64,000 nt of DNA from an uncultured bacterium (GCA_964434115.1 CAYSSX010000001.1:229855-293854); one strand, 5' to 3'; shown: positions 1-9,361, counted from the first letter of the stretch. Made by a program: numbers and translations. Notes: generated from the sequence alone by a model not told the origin.

Positions 1-115
1 TGGTCAGGATTTTAATGGCGTCTCCCAGCTTGTCGTGAAGGTAATAAATCACATAGCCAAGGGCCAAGAGGCTGACACCGACACGGAAGGCTGCGGAGGA
101 AATGATTTTCTTCAT
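1..115 (-). CDS. partial CDS: N-terminus (38 aa, MKKIISSAAFRVGVSLLALGYVIYYLHDKLGDAIKILT...) of a membrane-like protein that runs off the window edge
   Basis: ATG at 115-113 overlaps the upstream gene's stop codon as ATGA. The N-terminus is hydrophobic. The ORF is truncated at base 1. Confidence 0.3.
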   Translation of the reverse strand, partial: MKKIISSAAFRVGVSLLALGYVIYYLHDKLGDAIKILT

Positions 116-486
116 GCGTGCTGGGTAAATTTTAACTGGAGTTCGGGGATCAGGGTTTTAAAAGCCGCGGCTTCCTGGGTGCTGAGGTTGCCCTGCGTTT
201 TACTTTGAAGGGTCACAAGTATATCGATCATTTCGCGCGCCGCATCAAGGTTCACTTCCCCGCCCTGAGCCTCAGGGATTTCGCCAAGATGGTAAAGCAC
301 TTGATACGCGAGGGAATTGATAAAACTCAGGAATACCTGAGAGGTTGCGGGCTCCGGGCGGCTGGCTTTCGCGGAAGCCGGAGAGACGGCTCCGGGAGCG
401 AGACGCTGGCGGTCTTTTTCAATCTGGTCTTTCCAGCTCTCATCCACCTTTTTCTGGGAAATCCGGATGTCTTTATCGTGCTCCAT
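112..486 (-). CDS. DUF1844-family hypothetical protein
   Basis: The ORF-track protein 112..543 has a conserved FLSFINSLAYQVLYHLGEIP ... NLDAAREMIDILVTLQSKT core typical of DUF1844. I chose the internal ATG at 486 (MEHDKD...) because a GGGGAG Shine-Dalgarno sits 7 nt upstream. The track's own start at 543 is a GTG. Confidence 0.55.
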   Translation of the reverse strand: MEHDKDIRISQKKVDESWKDQIEKDRQRLAPGAVSPASAKASRPEPATSQVFLSFINSLAYQVLYHLGEIPEAQGGEVNLDAAREMIDILVTLQSKTQGNLSTQEAAAFKTLIPELQLKFTQHA

Positions 487-672
487 GATGATGCTCCCCA
501 TCCTCAAGCTCTTTAAAGTGCATGACCGTTTCGACTGCTTCACAAAAAAAGAGGTTCCCAGCCAGTGGGATTGGGAGGCCGGGAACCTCTAAAGGTGAGA
601 AGAGACGTGCGTCTCTTATAATGGGTGTATTAAATCATGTCGATGCGTGAGTGTCAACCGGCGGATAGGGTC

Positions 673-1401
673 TTAAAAAGCGGGGCCGCCCAGGAATTCA
701 ACCGCTAGACCGAGCTGCTTTTTCCGCAGCTCTTTGCGGTTAACCCGCCCCTTGAGGGTGTATTCTTCCGGGAAGTTTGCCGAGGCAAAAATGTGTATAT
801 CTGCTTCCAGGTCTTGGACTTCCAGCGCATCAATCTTGGCGGCAACCTCCAGGTCAAGGTACTCCGTGAACATGCCCCCCTCGCTGATGTTTGTGGCAAT
901 AGCACGGGTGGCTAAAACCTCGCCGTTTTTCAATTTTAGACGCAGTTCTACAGGGATCGCGACATGCATACGTTTACTGCGGCGGCGCTCTACCTGCATA
1001 CCCAGGGAATCTTCAGGTTTGTCCTCAACGGCAAACTCTTTTTCTTTTTCCCGTTCAAGTAAAAAGGGTCCGAAATCTTCCGCAATTTCTTTTTCAGAGT
1101 CGCAGACGCGGACGTTCTTGGGAACATAGGTATCTTCCAGAGAAAGCTTAAGGCCCGCAGAAGCCCCAAAAATAAGGCTTTTTTGAGGGCGGATGCAGGC
1201 GGCCAGAAGTTTTCGCAAACCTAAGGCATCGACATCGGCCATGCCCTGCAGGTTGAGAATCACCCGCTGAAGACGATGGCGCCGGATGTTGCGCTGAATT
1301 TTCCACGCAACTTCCTGAAGCGTTTCTTGAGTCGGAACACCCTCAAGATCGAAGACGCAAACACTTCCAATTTCCCGGGTTGACACTCTGAGTTTGCTCA
1401 T
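673..1401 (-). CDS. two-domain STAS (anti-sigma-factor-antagonist-like) + PilZ protein
   Basis: The N-terminus has a STAS-like fold (CVFDLEGVPTQETL...RVILNLQGMADVDALGL). The C-terminus carries a PilZ signature, RRSKRMHVAIPVELRL ... NISEGGMF (RxxxR ... D/NxSxGG). Confidence 0.65.
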   Translation of the reverse strand: MSKLRVSTREIGSVCVFDLEGVPTQETLQEVAWKIQRNIRRHRLQRVILNLQGMADVDALGLRKLLAACIRPQKSLIFGASAGLKLSLEDTYVPKNVRVCDSEKEIAEDFGPFLLEREKEKEFAVEDKPEDSLGMQVERRRSKRMHVAIPVELRLKLKNGEVLATRAIATNISEGGMFTEYLDLEVAAKIDALEVQDLEADIHIFASANFPEEYTLKGRVNRKELRKKQLGLAVEFLGGPAF

Positions 1402-1602
1402 GTTTTAGCCGCCAGGCTGCGCCTGACGCCTCCTTAGGTTTACCGATTTATAAGAGCTGTGTTACTTCATACTTTTCTCTATCTGTTAGAAAGATAGCGT
1501 GCAATCAAGATAATTTCAAATCTTTATGATATTTATTTAATCTTTATAGAACAAAACAGTTCTTTTAAGATTTTTTACTTTAACCCTATGAATTAGAATA
1601 GG

Positions 1603-2925
1603 TTATGACTTTTTTTGAGGGGGCTTTGGGGCACTTTTAAGCTTCTGAAGACGCTCGCCAATGATTCGTTCCTCGCCATTAGCGGTAGGATAATAGTAGG
1701 TTTTGCTCCCAGGCATATAGCTTTGGGGGACATAATTTCCAGGAAAATCATGCGGATAAAGATAGCCTTCCCCCCGTCCCAGGCGTTCAGCCCCCGAGTA
1801 ATGGCCGTCCCGTAGAGCGTCTGGTACATCCTGAATGCGTTCATTTTTAACATCCTCAAGAGCGTTCATAAGCCCCATGTAAGCGGCATTGCTCTTGGGT
1901 GCTGCGGCCAGGTAAGACGTGACATGAGCCAGCGTGATCTGCGCCTCCGGCATGCCGATGAATTCGAGGGTTTGAAGGGCCGAGGCCGCCAAGATTAAAC
2001 TTTTCGAATCCGCGTTTCCAATATCTTCACTCGCCAAAATAAGAAGGCGCCGCATGATAAATCTCGGATCCTCACCCGCGTGAAGCATTTTGGCCAGCCA
2101 GTAAAGCGCCGCATCCGGATCCGAACCCCGGATACTTTTAATAAAAGCGCTGATGGTATCGTAGTGGTAGTCCCCGTCCCTGTCGTGATAAACGATTTTT
2201 CTTTGGCAGGACTCCTCCGCAACCTGGCGCGTGAAGTGATAAATTCCCTGGCTGTCGGAAGGCGTACTGAGAATTCCGAGCTCCAGCGCGTTTAGGGCGC
2301 GGCGGGCATCTCCGGAGGCGCTCTGAATCAAATGTTCCAACGCCCCGGACTCCACTTCGATTTTCAATTTTCCAAAGCCCCGTTCAGGATCACGGATTGT
2401 GCGCTCCAAAATAATTTTCAAATCCTTATCGTCAAGCGCGCGCAGTTCAAACAAAAGTGAGCGGGACAAGAGCGGCCCATTGATAGAAAAGGACGGGTTT
2501 TGTGTCGTGGCTCCGATGAGAATGATCACACCCTCTTCCACATCCGGCATCAGCACATCCTGCTGAGCCTTATTGAAGCGGTGGATTTCATCCACAAAGA
2601 GGACCGTCCTCCCCTGCTTGCGGAATTTCCGCGCTTTCTCAATAATCTGGCGGAGTTCGGAAACATTCGACGTGACGGCGTTAACAGCGGCAAATACCGA
2701 TTTCGTACTGCGGGCAATCAGGCGGGCAAGCGTGGTTTTTCCGCAGCCGGGAGGACCAAAAAAAATCGCGGACATTAAACGGTCAGCTTCAAGTGTTCTG
2801 CGCAGAAGTTTTCCCGGTGCCAGCAAATGCTCCTGACCAATGACTTCTTCAAGTGTCTTGGGGCGCATGCGCGCGGCCAAAGGAAGGCTGGATTCGTCCG
2901 GGGCAGAAGCTGATTCGGAGGGCAT
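1603..2925 (-). CDS. rarA: replication-associated recombination protein A (AAA+ ATPase RarA/MgsA)
   Basis: Walker A FFGPPGCGKTTLAR, Walker B VLFVDEIHRFN and the MgsA C-terminal helical domain are present. The track ORF (1603..3153) overruns the pheT stop at 2978. The first ATG downstream of pheT is at 2925 (MPSESAS...); an alternative ATG is at 2868. Confidence 0.85.
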   Translation of the reverse strand: MPSESASAPDESSLPLAARMRPKTLEEVIGQEHLLAPGKLLRRTLEADRLMSAIFFGPPGCGKTTLARLIARSTKSVFAAVNAVTSNVSELRQIIEKARKFRKQGRTVLFVDEIHRFNKAQQDVLMPDVEEGVIILIGATTQNPSFSINGPLLSRSLLFELRALDDKDLKIILERTIRDPERGFGKLKIEVESGALEHLIQSASGDARRALNALELGILSTPSDSQGIYHFTRQVAEESCQRKIVYHDRDGDYHYDTISAFIKSIRGSDPDAALYWLAKMLHAGEDPRFIMRRLLILASEDIGNADSKSLILAASALQTLEFIGMPEAQITLAHVTSYLAAAPKSNAAYMGLMNALEDVKNERIQDVPDALRDGHYSGAERLGRGEGYLYPHDFPGNYVPQSYMPGSKTYYYPTANGEERIIGERLQKLKSAPKPPQKKS

Positions 2926-2977
2926 TTCAAAGAGGTCGGAGTCTTCCACAGCAGTCACCCTCCGTTGAAATTTGAAA

Positions 2978-5032
2978 TCAGGATTGGAAAGTTGCCTGAA
3001 AACGCTGGGCCACAGCGTCTGCGATTGAAAAGTGAAGCTTCTGAACATCTTCGGACAGAAGTGTTTTTTCGGGGGATTGATAAATGACGCGGAATGCGAT
3101 GTTCTTGAACCCTTTGGGAATGCGTCCGCCGCGGAACACGTCAAACACTTCAACGCTGCGGATCAAACCTTCGCCCATGGAGACAATTTGATTTTGAATA
3201 TCCCCTGCCCGCACATTTTCCGGAACCGCGACTGCTAGGTCGCGTTTCATGGAGGGAAAGCGGGCCAAGGGCCGGAACACAGCCACTTCCTGGCGGCAGC
3301 GAACAGCGGCTTCCAGATTCAGTTCCGCAAAATAAACCGGGGGTTCTATGTCCCACAGAGAACGTAAACTTTGACGAACCTCACCGAGCACACCCAGGAC
3401 CTCGTTGCCCGACATCATCTGCTGAACGCTTCCGCGTTCAAGAAGCGCGTGTTCAGCGTCTTGAAAGGTAATCCCCCGGACCCCAAGTGCATCCAGCGCC
3501 GCTTCCGCGAGGCCCTTGAGATCAAAGAAGGTTACTTCCCGTTCGGCATCCATCCAGGTTTTGGGACGATGCTTTCCGGCAAGGGCGATTGCAGCCACTT
3601 TGCGTTCTTCGGTTTTCTTCCGGTCACTGGACATGGCGTATACATTCGCGATTTCAAAAACAGGCACGCAATCTGCCGCCTGGTCAAAGTTTTTGCGGAC
3701 CACTTGAAGCAGGCTGGGAACCATCACCGGGCGCATCCAGCACATTTCCTTATGCATGGGATTCACGAGTTTCACCGCGCCATCAAGGTCGGCTTCCGAA
3801 AGCCCGGTGGCCGCGATGAGACTGAAAGTCACTGTTTCATAGAGTCCGGCGCCTGAAAAGAACTCACGCATCCGGCTTTCCGCTTTTAAAAGAGGATTGG
3901 CCTCAAAGGGTACGGGGGCGCGCACCGGCAGAACCGCGGGAATCTGGTCATACCCGTAAATGCGGGCAATTTCTTCGACAATATCAATGGGCGAAATCAG
4001 GTCGGAGCGGAAACTCGGAATAAGAACGTCCCAGGCTTCCTGGGATTTCTGTTTTGTTTCAAGTCCAAGACGGTTGAGAACAGAACTCACGGTGTGGGAC
4101 TTAAGGTCGGTCCCAAGAACGCGCCGTATATCCTGCGCCGTGACATGGATGTGCGTAACGGAAGGCTTAGGGGCTTCCCCGGCTTTCAAGATCGCACTGA
4201 TAAAACGGGGCTTAGCGTATTTCCTGATCAGGTAGATTGCCCGCTGGCGGGCGAAATCCACACCCTCCGGGTCCACGCGGCGTTCAAACCGGTAAGAGGA
4301 ATCGCTGGACAACGCGTGGCGTTTGGAACTTTGCCGGACGCCATGCGGGTGAAAATAGGCGGACTCGAGAAAGATGTTCCGCGTGCGGGCGCTGACTTCA
4401 GAATCCTTGCCGCCCATAATGCCCGCCAAAGCTAAAGCGTTCTGCGCATCGGCAATTACAAGATCCTGGGGTTCCAGCTCATGGGCCGCGCCGTTGATCG
4501 CGGTAAATTTTTCTTTGGGCCGCGCATAGCGGATCTGGATTTCCTTGCCCTTAAGAAGGTCCGCGTCAAAGGCATGAAGAGGCTGACCGATTTCAAGAAG
4601 CACATAATTGGTAATATCCACAATCAAATTAATGGACCGCAGACCGCAGGCCTCAAGCCGCTCCCGCATGAAATCCGGAGTCGGGGCCATCTCAATTCCT
4701 TCAATTAAAACCCCGGTGTAATAAGGACAGGCTTTGAGTTCGCGCAGATGAATTTTCCATCCGGGGGCGGTTTGATGACTGTCATGCAGGTCAATTTCAG
4801 GAAGTTTGACTCCAAGGCTTTCAACCGCCGCAATTTCCCGGGCGGTTCCGATATGGGAAAGCCAGTCCGGACGGTTAGACGTGATTTCTATTTCAAACAC
4901 CGTGTCTTTTTTGTCCGGGGAAGGCCGCACGCTTTTGACCTCAAGGCCGGCGAGTGTGAGCTTTTCCGCAACCCCTTCAATCGGAGGATGCATCGCCACC
5001 AGGTCTTTAAGCCAGGAAACACTGAGTTTCAT
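2978..5032 (-). CDS. pheT: phenylalanine--tRNA ligase beta subunit
   Basis: The N-terminus MKLSVSWLKDLV is canonical for PheT. tRNA-binding, B3/B4, B5 and FDX-ACB-like regions are recognisable. The gene follows pheS with a 1-nt overlap. Confidence 0.9.
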   Translation of the reverse strand: MKLSVSWLKDLVAMHPPIEGVAEKLTLAGLEVKSVRPSPDKKDTVFEIEITSNRPDWLSHIGTAREIAAVESLGVKLPEIDLHDSHQTAPGWKIHLRELKACPYYTGVLIEGIEMAPTPDFMRERLEACGLRSINLIVDITNYVLLEIGQPLHAFDADLLKGKEIQIRYARPKEKFTAINGAAHELEPQDLVIADAQNALALAGIMGGKDSEVSARTRNIFLESAYFHPHGVRQSSKRHALSSDSSYRFERRVDPEGVDFARQRAIYLIRKYAKPRFISAILKAGEAPKPSVTHIHVTAQDIRRVLGTDLKSHTVSSVLNRLGLETKQKSQEAWDVLIPSFRSDLISPIDIVEEIARIYGYDQIPAVLPVRAPVPFEANPLLKAESRMREFFSGAGLYETVTFSLIAATGLSEADLDGAVKLVNPMHKEMCWMRPVMVPSLLQVVRKNFDQAADCVPVFEIANVYAMSSDRKKTEERKVAAIALAGKHRPKTWMDAEREVTFFDLKGLAEAALDALGVRGITFQDAEHALLERGSVQQMMSGNEVLGVLGEVRQSLRSLWDIEPPVYFAELNLEAAVRCRQEVAVFRPLARFPSMKRDLAVAVPENVRAGDIQNQIVSMGEGLIRSVEVFDVFRGGRIPKGFKNIAFRVIYQSPEKTLLSEDVQKLHFSIADAVAQRFQATFQS

Positions 5033-6006
5033 TAGAATTGCTCCAGAAAGCGAAGGTCGTTTTCGTAAAAATGGCGGATATCATCGATCCCGTGGCGGAG
5101 CATGGCAATGCGCTCTACGCCCAGACCAAAGGCAAATCCCTGAACCAGTTTTGAGTCATAACCCGCGGCTTCGAAAACTTTGGGGTTCACGCTGCCGGCC
5201 CCGAGAATTTCAAGCCACCCGCGCGTTCCCCAGCTGATGTCTACTTCCACGCTGGGTTCTGTGAACGGAAAAAAATGCGGGCGAAAGCGGATCTTTGTTT
5301 TTTTTCCGAAAAATTCCTGAAGAAACAAATAAAGCACGCCTTTCAAATCCGCAAAAGTAGTTTCTCCATCCACCATCAAGCCTTCAATCTGATGAAACAT
5401 GAAGGAATGGCTGGCATCCACGGTGTCCGGCCGGTAAACGCGGCCGGGCGCAATGATGCGGAGCGGCGGTTTGCGGGCTTTCATCACCCGTACTTGAACC
5501 GTTGAGGTTTGGGAACGAAGCAAATGGCCGCTTTCCGTATAAAAGGTATCAAAAGAGTCACGGGAGGAATGATCCAGGGGAATATTCAGGGCCGTGAAAT
5601 TGTGAAACTCCGTTTCAATTTCCGGGCCGTCGACGGTTTCAAAACCAAGACGCCCAAAAATGGCGGTAATTTCACGAATGGTCTGCGTGATGGGATGAAG
5701 CCTCCCCCGCTGAGGGCGAAGTCCCGGCAAGGTGTGGTCCAAAACACTCGCGGGCTTTGGGGCGGAGCTTAAAGAAATTTTTCTTTCCTCGTAAGCGGTC
5801 TCAAGTTCCGCTTTGATGCGGTTGACGTCGGACCCAAAGGACTTGCGTTCTTCGGGCGGAAGTTCCTTGAGCCGCTGCATTTGAGCGGTAAGCTTGCCTT
5901 TTTTTCCGAGAAAGGCAATACGAAAGGCTTCAAGCGCTTCTGCGGTGTCTACCCGCCGGAGTGTTTGATTGGCATCTTCGTGAAGAGAAGCAAGCTCAGG
6001 ATTCAT
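5032..6006 (-). CDS. pheS: phenylalanine--tRNA ligase alpha subunit
   Basis: Class II aaRS motifs are present (FRPHFFPFTEPS, GAGSVNPKV...GFAFGLGVERIAM). Confidence 0.9.
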   Translation of the reverse strand: MNPELASLHEDANQTLRRVDTAEALEAFRIAFLGKKGKLTAQMQRLKELPPEERKSFGSDVNRIKAELETAYEERKISLSSAPKPASVLDHTLPGLRPQRGRLHPITQTIREITAIFGRLGFETVDGPEIETEFHNFTALNIPLDHSSRDSFDTFYTESGHLLRSQTSTVQVRVMKARKPPLRIIAPGRVYRPDTVDASHSFMFHQIEGLMVDGETTFADLKGVLYLFLQEFFGKKTKIRFRPHFFPFTEPSVEVDISWGTRGWLEILGAGSVNPKVFEAAGYDSKLVQGFAFGLGVERIAMLRHGIDDIRHFYENDLRFLEQF

Positions 6007-6054
6007 GGCGGGTCAAAAGGCCCGGCGGGATAACCCGCCGGGCACTGGAAATGG

Positions 6055-6426
6055 TTATTTGGAAGCTTTGGCTTTGGCGCTGCCCATAACAAGCTGGACA
6101 ACGGCCTTGAAAGCCGCGGCATCGCGAACCGCAAGTTCCGACAAGGATTTGCGGTCAAGCGTCACATTCTGCTTCTTAAGCGCATTGATAAAACGAGAAT
6201 AGCTGACACCGAGTTCACGGCAGCCCGCATTGATGCGAATGGTCCACAGCTGGCGGAATTCGCGTTTGCGCACGCGGCGGTCGCGTGTGGCGTAACGCAT
6301 GGCGCGCATCACGGTTTCTTTCGCCGTCCGGAACAGCTTTCTCCGGCCGCCGACAAAACCTTTGGCTCTTTTTAAGACTTTTTTACGCCGCGCTCTTGAA
6401 GCGGGGTTATTCGTGGCTCTTGGCAT
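6055..6426 (-). CDS. rplT: 50S ribosomal protein L20
   Basis: MPRATNNPASRARRKKVLKRAKGF...RQLWTIRINAG is a canonical bL20 sequence. Confidence 0.95.
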   Translation of the reverse strand: MPRATNNPASRARRKKVLKRAKGFVGGRRKLFRTAKETVMRAMRYATRDRRVRKREFRQLWTIRINAGCRELGVSYSRFINALKKQNVTLDRKSLSELAVRDAAAFKAVVQLVMGSAKAKASK

Positions 6427-6449
6427 GAAAAACTCCTTTCAACTCTGAT

Positions 6450-6647
6450 TTACCCGTAGGGCAAGGATTTCTTGACCCGGTGAGCATCACTCTTGTCCAC
6501 CAGGTGCCAGCCGCGTGACTGACGTTTCATTTTCTGCGAACGGTCCGCCATCATGTGGCGGCGTTTTGACTTGGGCGCCAATACCTTACCGTTCTTTGTA
6601 ACCTTAAAACGCTTTCTGACCGATTTATTCGTTTTCAGTTTTGGCAT
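6450..6647 (-). CDS. rpmI: 50S ribosomal protein L35
   Basis: MPKLKTNKSVRKRFKVTKNGK is a canonical bL35 N-terminus. I took the second Met of the track ORF as the start. Confidence 0.85.
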   Translation of the reverse strand: MPKLKTNKSVRKRFKVTKNGKVLAPKSKRRHMMADRSQKMKRQSRGWHLVDKSDAHRVKKSLPYG

Positions 6648-7215
6648 CTTCAAGCCCTTCTTTTTCCGATGTTTTCAAAACCGGTTTTTTGCCTGCCGCC
6701 GGCTTCGCTGTAAAGTACATATGGATCGCATTGCCCTCAAGGCCGTCGTTGCGTTCCACTTCTCCGATGTCGGAGGTTTGTTCAATGAACCGCTGAATCA
6801 GGCGGTCCCCGAGCTCACGGTGAGTAATTTCACGTCCGCGGAAAAAAACCGTCAGCTTGACTTTATCGCCGCGTTCGAGGAATTTCCGCGCATTATTAAG
6901 CTTGGTATCGAAGTCATGATCCTCAATCTTGGGCGTCATCTTGACTTCCTTGACGCGGATCACCTTCTGCTTTTTGCGGGCTTCCTTTTCTTTTTTGCTA
7001 AGGGAATATATATACTTACCAAGATCCATGAGCCTGCAAACCGGAGGTCTTACGGTCGCAGCCACTTCGACAAGATCCAATCCCTGCTCTTGCGCCATCC
7101 GCAGGCCGTCACGCGTCTGCACGATCCCAAGCTGGGAACCATCCGCGCCAATCAATCTAATTTCAGGTACTCTGATTTGTTCGTTGGCCCTTACTTTTTT
7201 ACTCGTCTTGTCCAA
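6625..7215 (-). CDS. infC: translation initiation factor IF-3
   Basis: IRVPEIRLIGADGSQLGIV...PPVCRLMDLGKYIY...KVKLTVFFRGREITH matches IF-3. The start codon may be non-canonical, as is common for infC. The 3' end overlaps the rpmI start. Confidence 0.85.
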   Translation of the reverse strand: MDKTSKKVRANEQIRVPEIRLIGADGSQLGIVQTRDGLRMAQEQGLDLVEVAATVRPPVCRLMDLGKYIYSLSKKEKEARKKQKVIRVKEVKMTPKIEDHDFDTKLNNARKFLERGDKVKLTVFFRGREITHRELGDRLIQRFIEQTSDIGEVERNDGLEGNAIHMYFTAKPAAGKKPVLKTSEKEGLEDAKTENE

Positions 7216-7286
7216 TTCCCCTCCTTGGCTGGTCTCTCTTTAGCGCGAAATGCTAACACATCCCGCGGGATATGAAAACACCCTTT

Positions 7287-9014
7287 TTATTGAAGCTTTA
7301 AAACCTCTTCCTGCACCCGGGCCGTAAAAGCCTCAGGGGTCATAAGTCCGAGATCCTTACGTCCGCGGGCGCGGACAGCGACCTGGCCGGACTGGACTTC
7401 CTTATCCCCCAAAACCAGGGAATAAGGCACCTTTTCAGTTTCCGCCTCGCGGACCTTATAACCGATCTTTTCTGACCGGTAATCTTCTTCCACCCGGAGT
7501 CCTGCCGCTCTTAAACGGGCGGCCAGTTCCTTGCCCGCGGAAATCTGATTTTCTGAAATGGTGAGGATTTTTGCCTGCACCGGACTCAGCCATAAAGGAA
7601 AAGCGCCGGCATAATGTTCAATTAATATTCCGAGGAACCGCTCAATGGAACCGTAAATGGCGCGATGCACCATGACGGGACGCTTCCGGGTTCCGTCCGC
7701 GGCAATGTATTCAAGGCCGAAACGTTCGGGCATGGAAAAGTCTACCTGGATGGTTCCGCACTGCCATTCCCGGCCAATGCTGTCAAAAATCACGAATTCA
7801 ATTTTGGGGCCATAAAAAGCCCCCTCACCATCATGAACATCAAAAGCAATGCCTTTGTTGGTGAGCGCCTGCTTCAAGGCTTCAGTGGCCTTATTCCAAA
7901 CTTCCTCGGAACCCATGGAAAGCGGCGGACGGGTTGAAACAGCGACCTTATAGTCTGCAAATCCGAAAGTCTGATAAACCTCGTGCGTGAAATCAATCAA
8001 GGCTTCAATTTCACTTTGCAGCTGGTCTTCCGTGCAAAAATGGTGGGCATCGTCCTGCGTAAAGGCGCGGACACGCATGAGGCCGTGAGTGACGCCGGAG
8101 CGTTCGTACCGGTGGACTTTTCCAAACTCCGCGATCCGAAGGGGCAGGTCGCGGTAAGAATGCTGATGGGTTTGATAAATGAGCGCGTGCCCCGGACAAT
8201 TCATCGGCTTCACCGCGTATTCACGGTTTTCCGCTTTGGTGAAATACATATTGTCGTGAAAGTTATCGTAGTGGCCGCTCTTTTTCCAAAGGTCGTCGGT
8301 CAACACCGTGGGCGCCTGGACTTCTTCGTAACCGCGGGTACGCAGTTTTTGACGCAGGTGCTCAATAAGAGTGTTAAATAAAAAGAAGCCTTTGGCGTGA
8401 AAGAAAACCATGGCCGGCGATTCATCATGAAAGCTGAAAAGATCCAGCTGCTTTCCGAGTTTCCGGTGATCGCGTTTCTTGGCTTCTTCAAGGCGGGTCA
8501 AATGCGCGTCGAGCTCTTCTTTCGTAAAAAACGCAGTGCCGTAGATGCGCTGTAGCATCTTGTTTTTTTCATCCCCGCGCCAATAAGCACCCGCCACAGT
8601 CAAAAGTTTGAACGCTTTGACTTCCTTCGTGCTGTGAATATGGCCGCCCTCGCATAAGTCCGTAAACGGCCCATTGGTGACTATGGTGATGTCCCCGTCC
8701 TGTAAAGCCTCAAGCATTTCAAGTTTGTAAGGCTGCTTCAAAGATTCAAAGAGTGCCCGGGCATCCTGTTTGGAAATCGGACGCTGCTCAAAGGTCTGGG
8801 CTTCGTCAACAATTCTGGCCATTTCCTTTTCAAGACGAACTAAATCTTCTTCTGTAAATGGCTCCGCCCTATCAAGGTCGTAATAGAACCCTTCCTTAAT
8901 AGCAGGCCCAATGGTCAGCTTGGTTTCAGGATAGAGCTTTAAAACAGCCTGTGCCAGAATATGGGCTGCGGAATGCCTTAAACAATCAAGAGCTTCGGGG
9001 TCTTTAGTTTTCAT
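7287..9014 (-). CDS. thrS: threonine--tRNA ligase, apparently lacking the N-terminal TGS (N1) domain
   Basis: The editing-domain motifs HSAAHIL and CEGGH are present. The class II catalytic core (FGKVHRYERSG, FTQDDAHHFC, GTIQVDF) and the anticodon-binding domain are recognisable. At 575 aa it begins directly with the N2 editing domain. Confidence 0.9.
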   Translation of the reverse strand: MKTKDPEALDCLRHSAAHILAQAVLKLYPETKLTIGPAIKEGFYYDLDRAEPFTEEDLVRLEKEMARIVDEAQTFEQRPISKQDARALFESLKQPYKLEMLEALQDGDITIVTNGPFTDLCEGGHIHSTKEVKAFKLLTVAGAYWRGDEKNKMLQRIYGTAFFTKEELDAHLTRLEEAKKRDHRKLGKQLDLFSFHDESPAMVFFHAKGFFLFNTLIEHLRQKLRTRGYEEVQAPTVLTDDLWKKSGHYDNFHDNMYFTKAENREYAVKPMNCPGHALIYQTHQHSYRDLPLRIAEFGKVHRYERSGVTHGLMRVRAFTQDDAHHFCTEDQLQSEIEALIDFTHEVYQTFGFADYKVAVSTRPPLSMGSEEVWNKATEALKQALTNKGIAFDVHDGEGAFYGPKIEFVIFDSIGREWQCGTIQVDFSMPERFGLEYIAADGTRKRPVMVHRAIYGSIERFLGILIEHYAGAFPLWLSPVQAKILTISENQISAGKELAARLRAAGLRVEEDYRSEKIGYKVREAETEKVPYSLVLGDKEVQSGQVAVRARGRKDLGLMTPEAFTARVQEEVLKLQ

Positions 9015-9066
9015 GATTTAAGTCAGTGTGGGTCAGCACGCAGATAAAGCGAGGATGCGGGACCGG

Positions 9067-9156
9067 TTATTTCGACTTCCGGCCCGCCTTTTTCTTGCGG
9101 TCAATACGAGCATCTCTCCGCTGTCTTTTAATTCTCTTTTTCCAATCTCTTCCCAT
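9067..9156 (-). CDS. putative 29-aa highly basic mini-protein (MGRDWKKRIKRQRRDARIDRKKKAGRKSK) immediately upstream of thrS
   Basis: An AAGGAG Shine-Dalgarno sits 5-7 nt upstream of the ATG. Of 29 residues, 16 are Lys or Arg. The ORF is too short to appear in the ORF track. Confidence 0.35.
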   Translation of the reverse strand: MGRDWKKRIKRQRRDARIDRKKKAGRKSK

Positions 9157-9361
9157 GTAAATCTCCTTTTTTGATCGGTATCGAATACCATAAGCTAAAA
9201 ATAATTTCAACCCTTTTTATAATCAGAGGTTAGAACTGATTAACAAAAATCGGCTCCAAGACCGAGAACTTGAACGCTAAATGAGAGGCCTGAAAGGGCT
9301 TGCGGGGAAAATTCTCGTTGAAAAAAGCGCGCCCTGCGATTATAGTGTCCCCTCTTCAGAT

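Noticed and set aside
2926-3153. 5' extension of the rarA ORF in the ORF track, and analogous extensions of gspF to 40180, gspK to 37459, murI to 13237, queE to 11648 and PEP-CTERM to 33067
   Set aside because: The extensions read through the 3' ends of the upstream genes and encode non-conserved, low-complexity residues. Internal ATG or TTG starts give normal-length proteins with short overlaps or Shine-Dalgarno sequences.
9015-9361. T-box or tRNA-mimic leader for thrS
   Set aside because: I could not identify a T-box specifier loop or antiterminator, or an anticodon-arm mimic, by eye. Only the small basic ORF and its Shine-Dalgarno are evident. Whether a structured RNA leader is present stays open.
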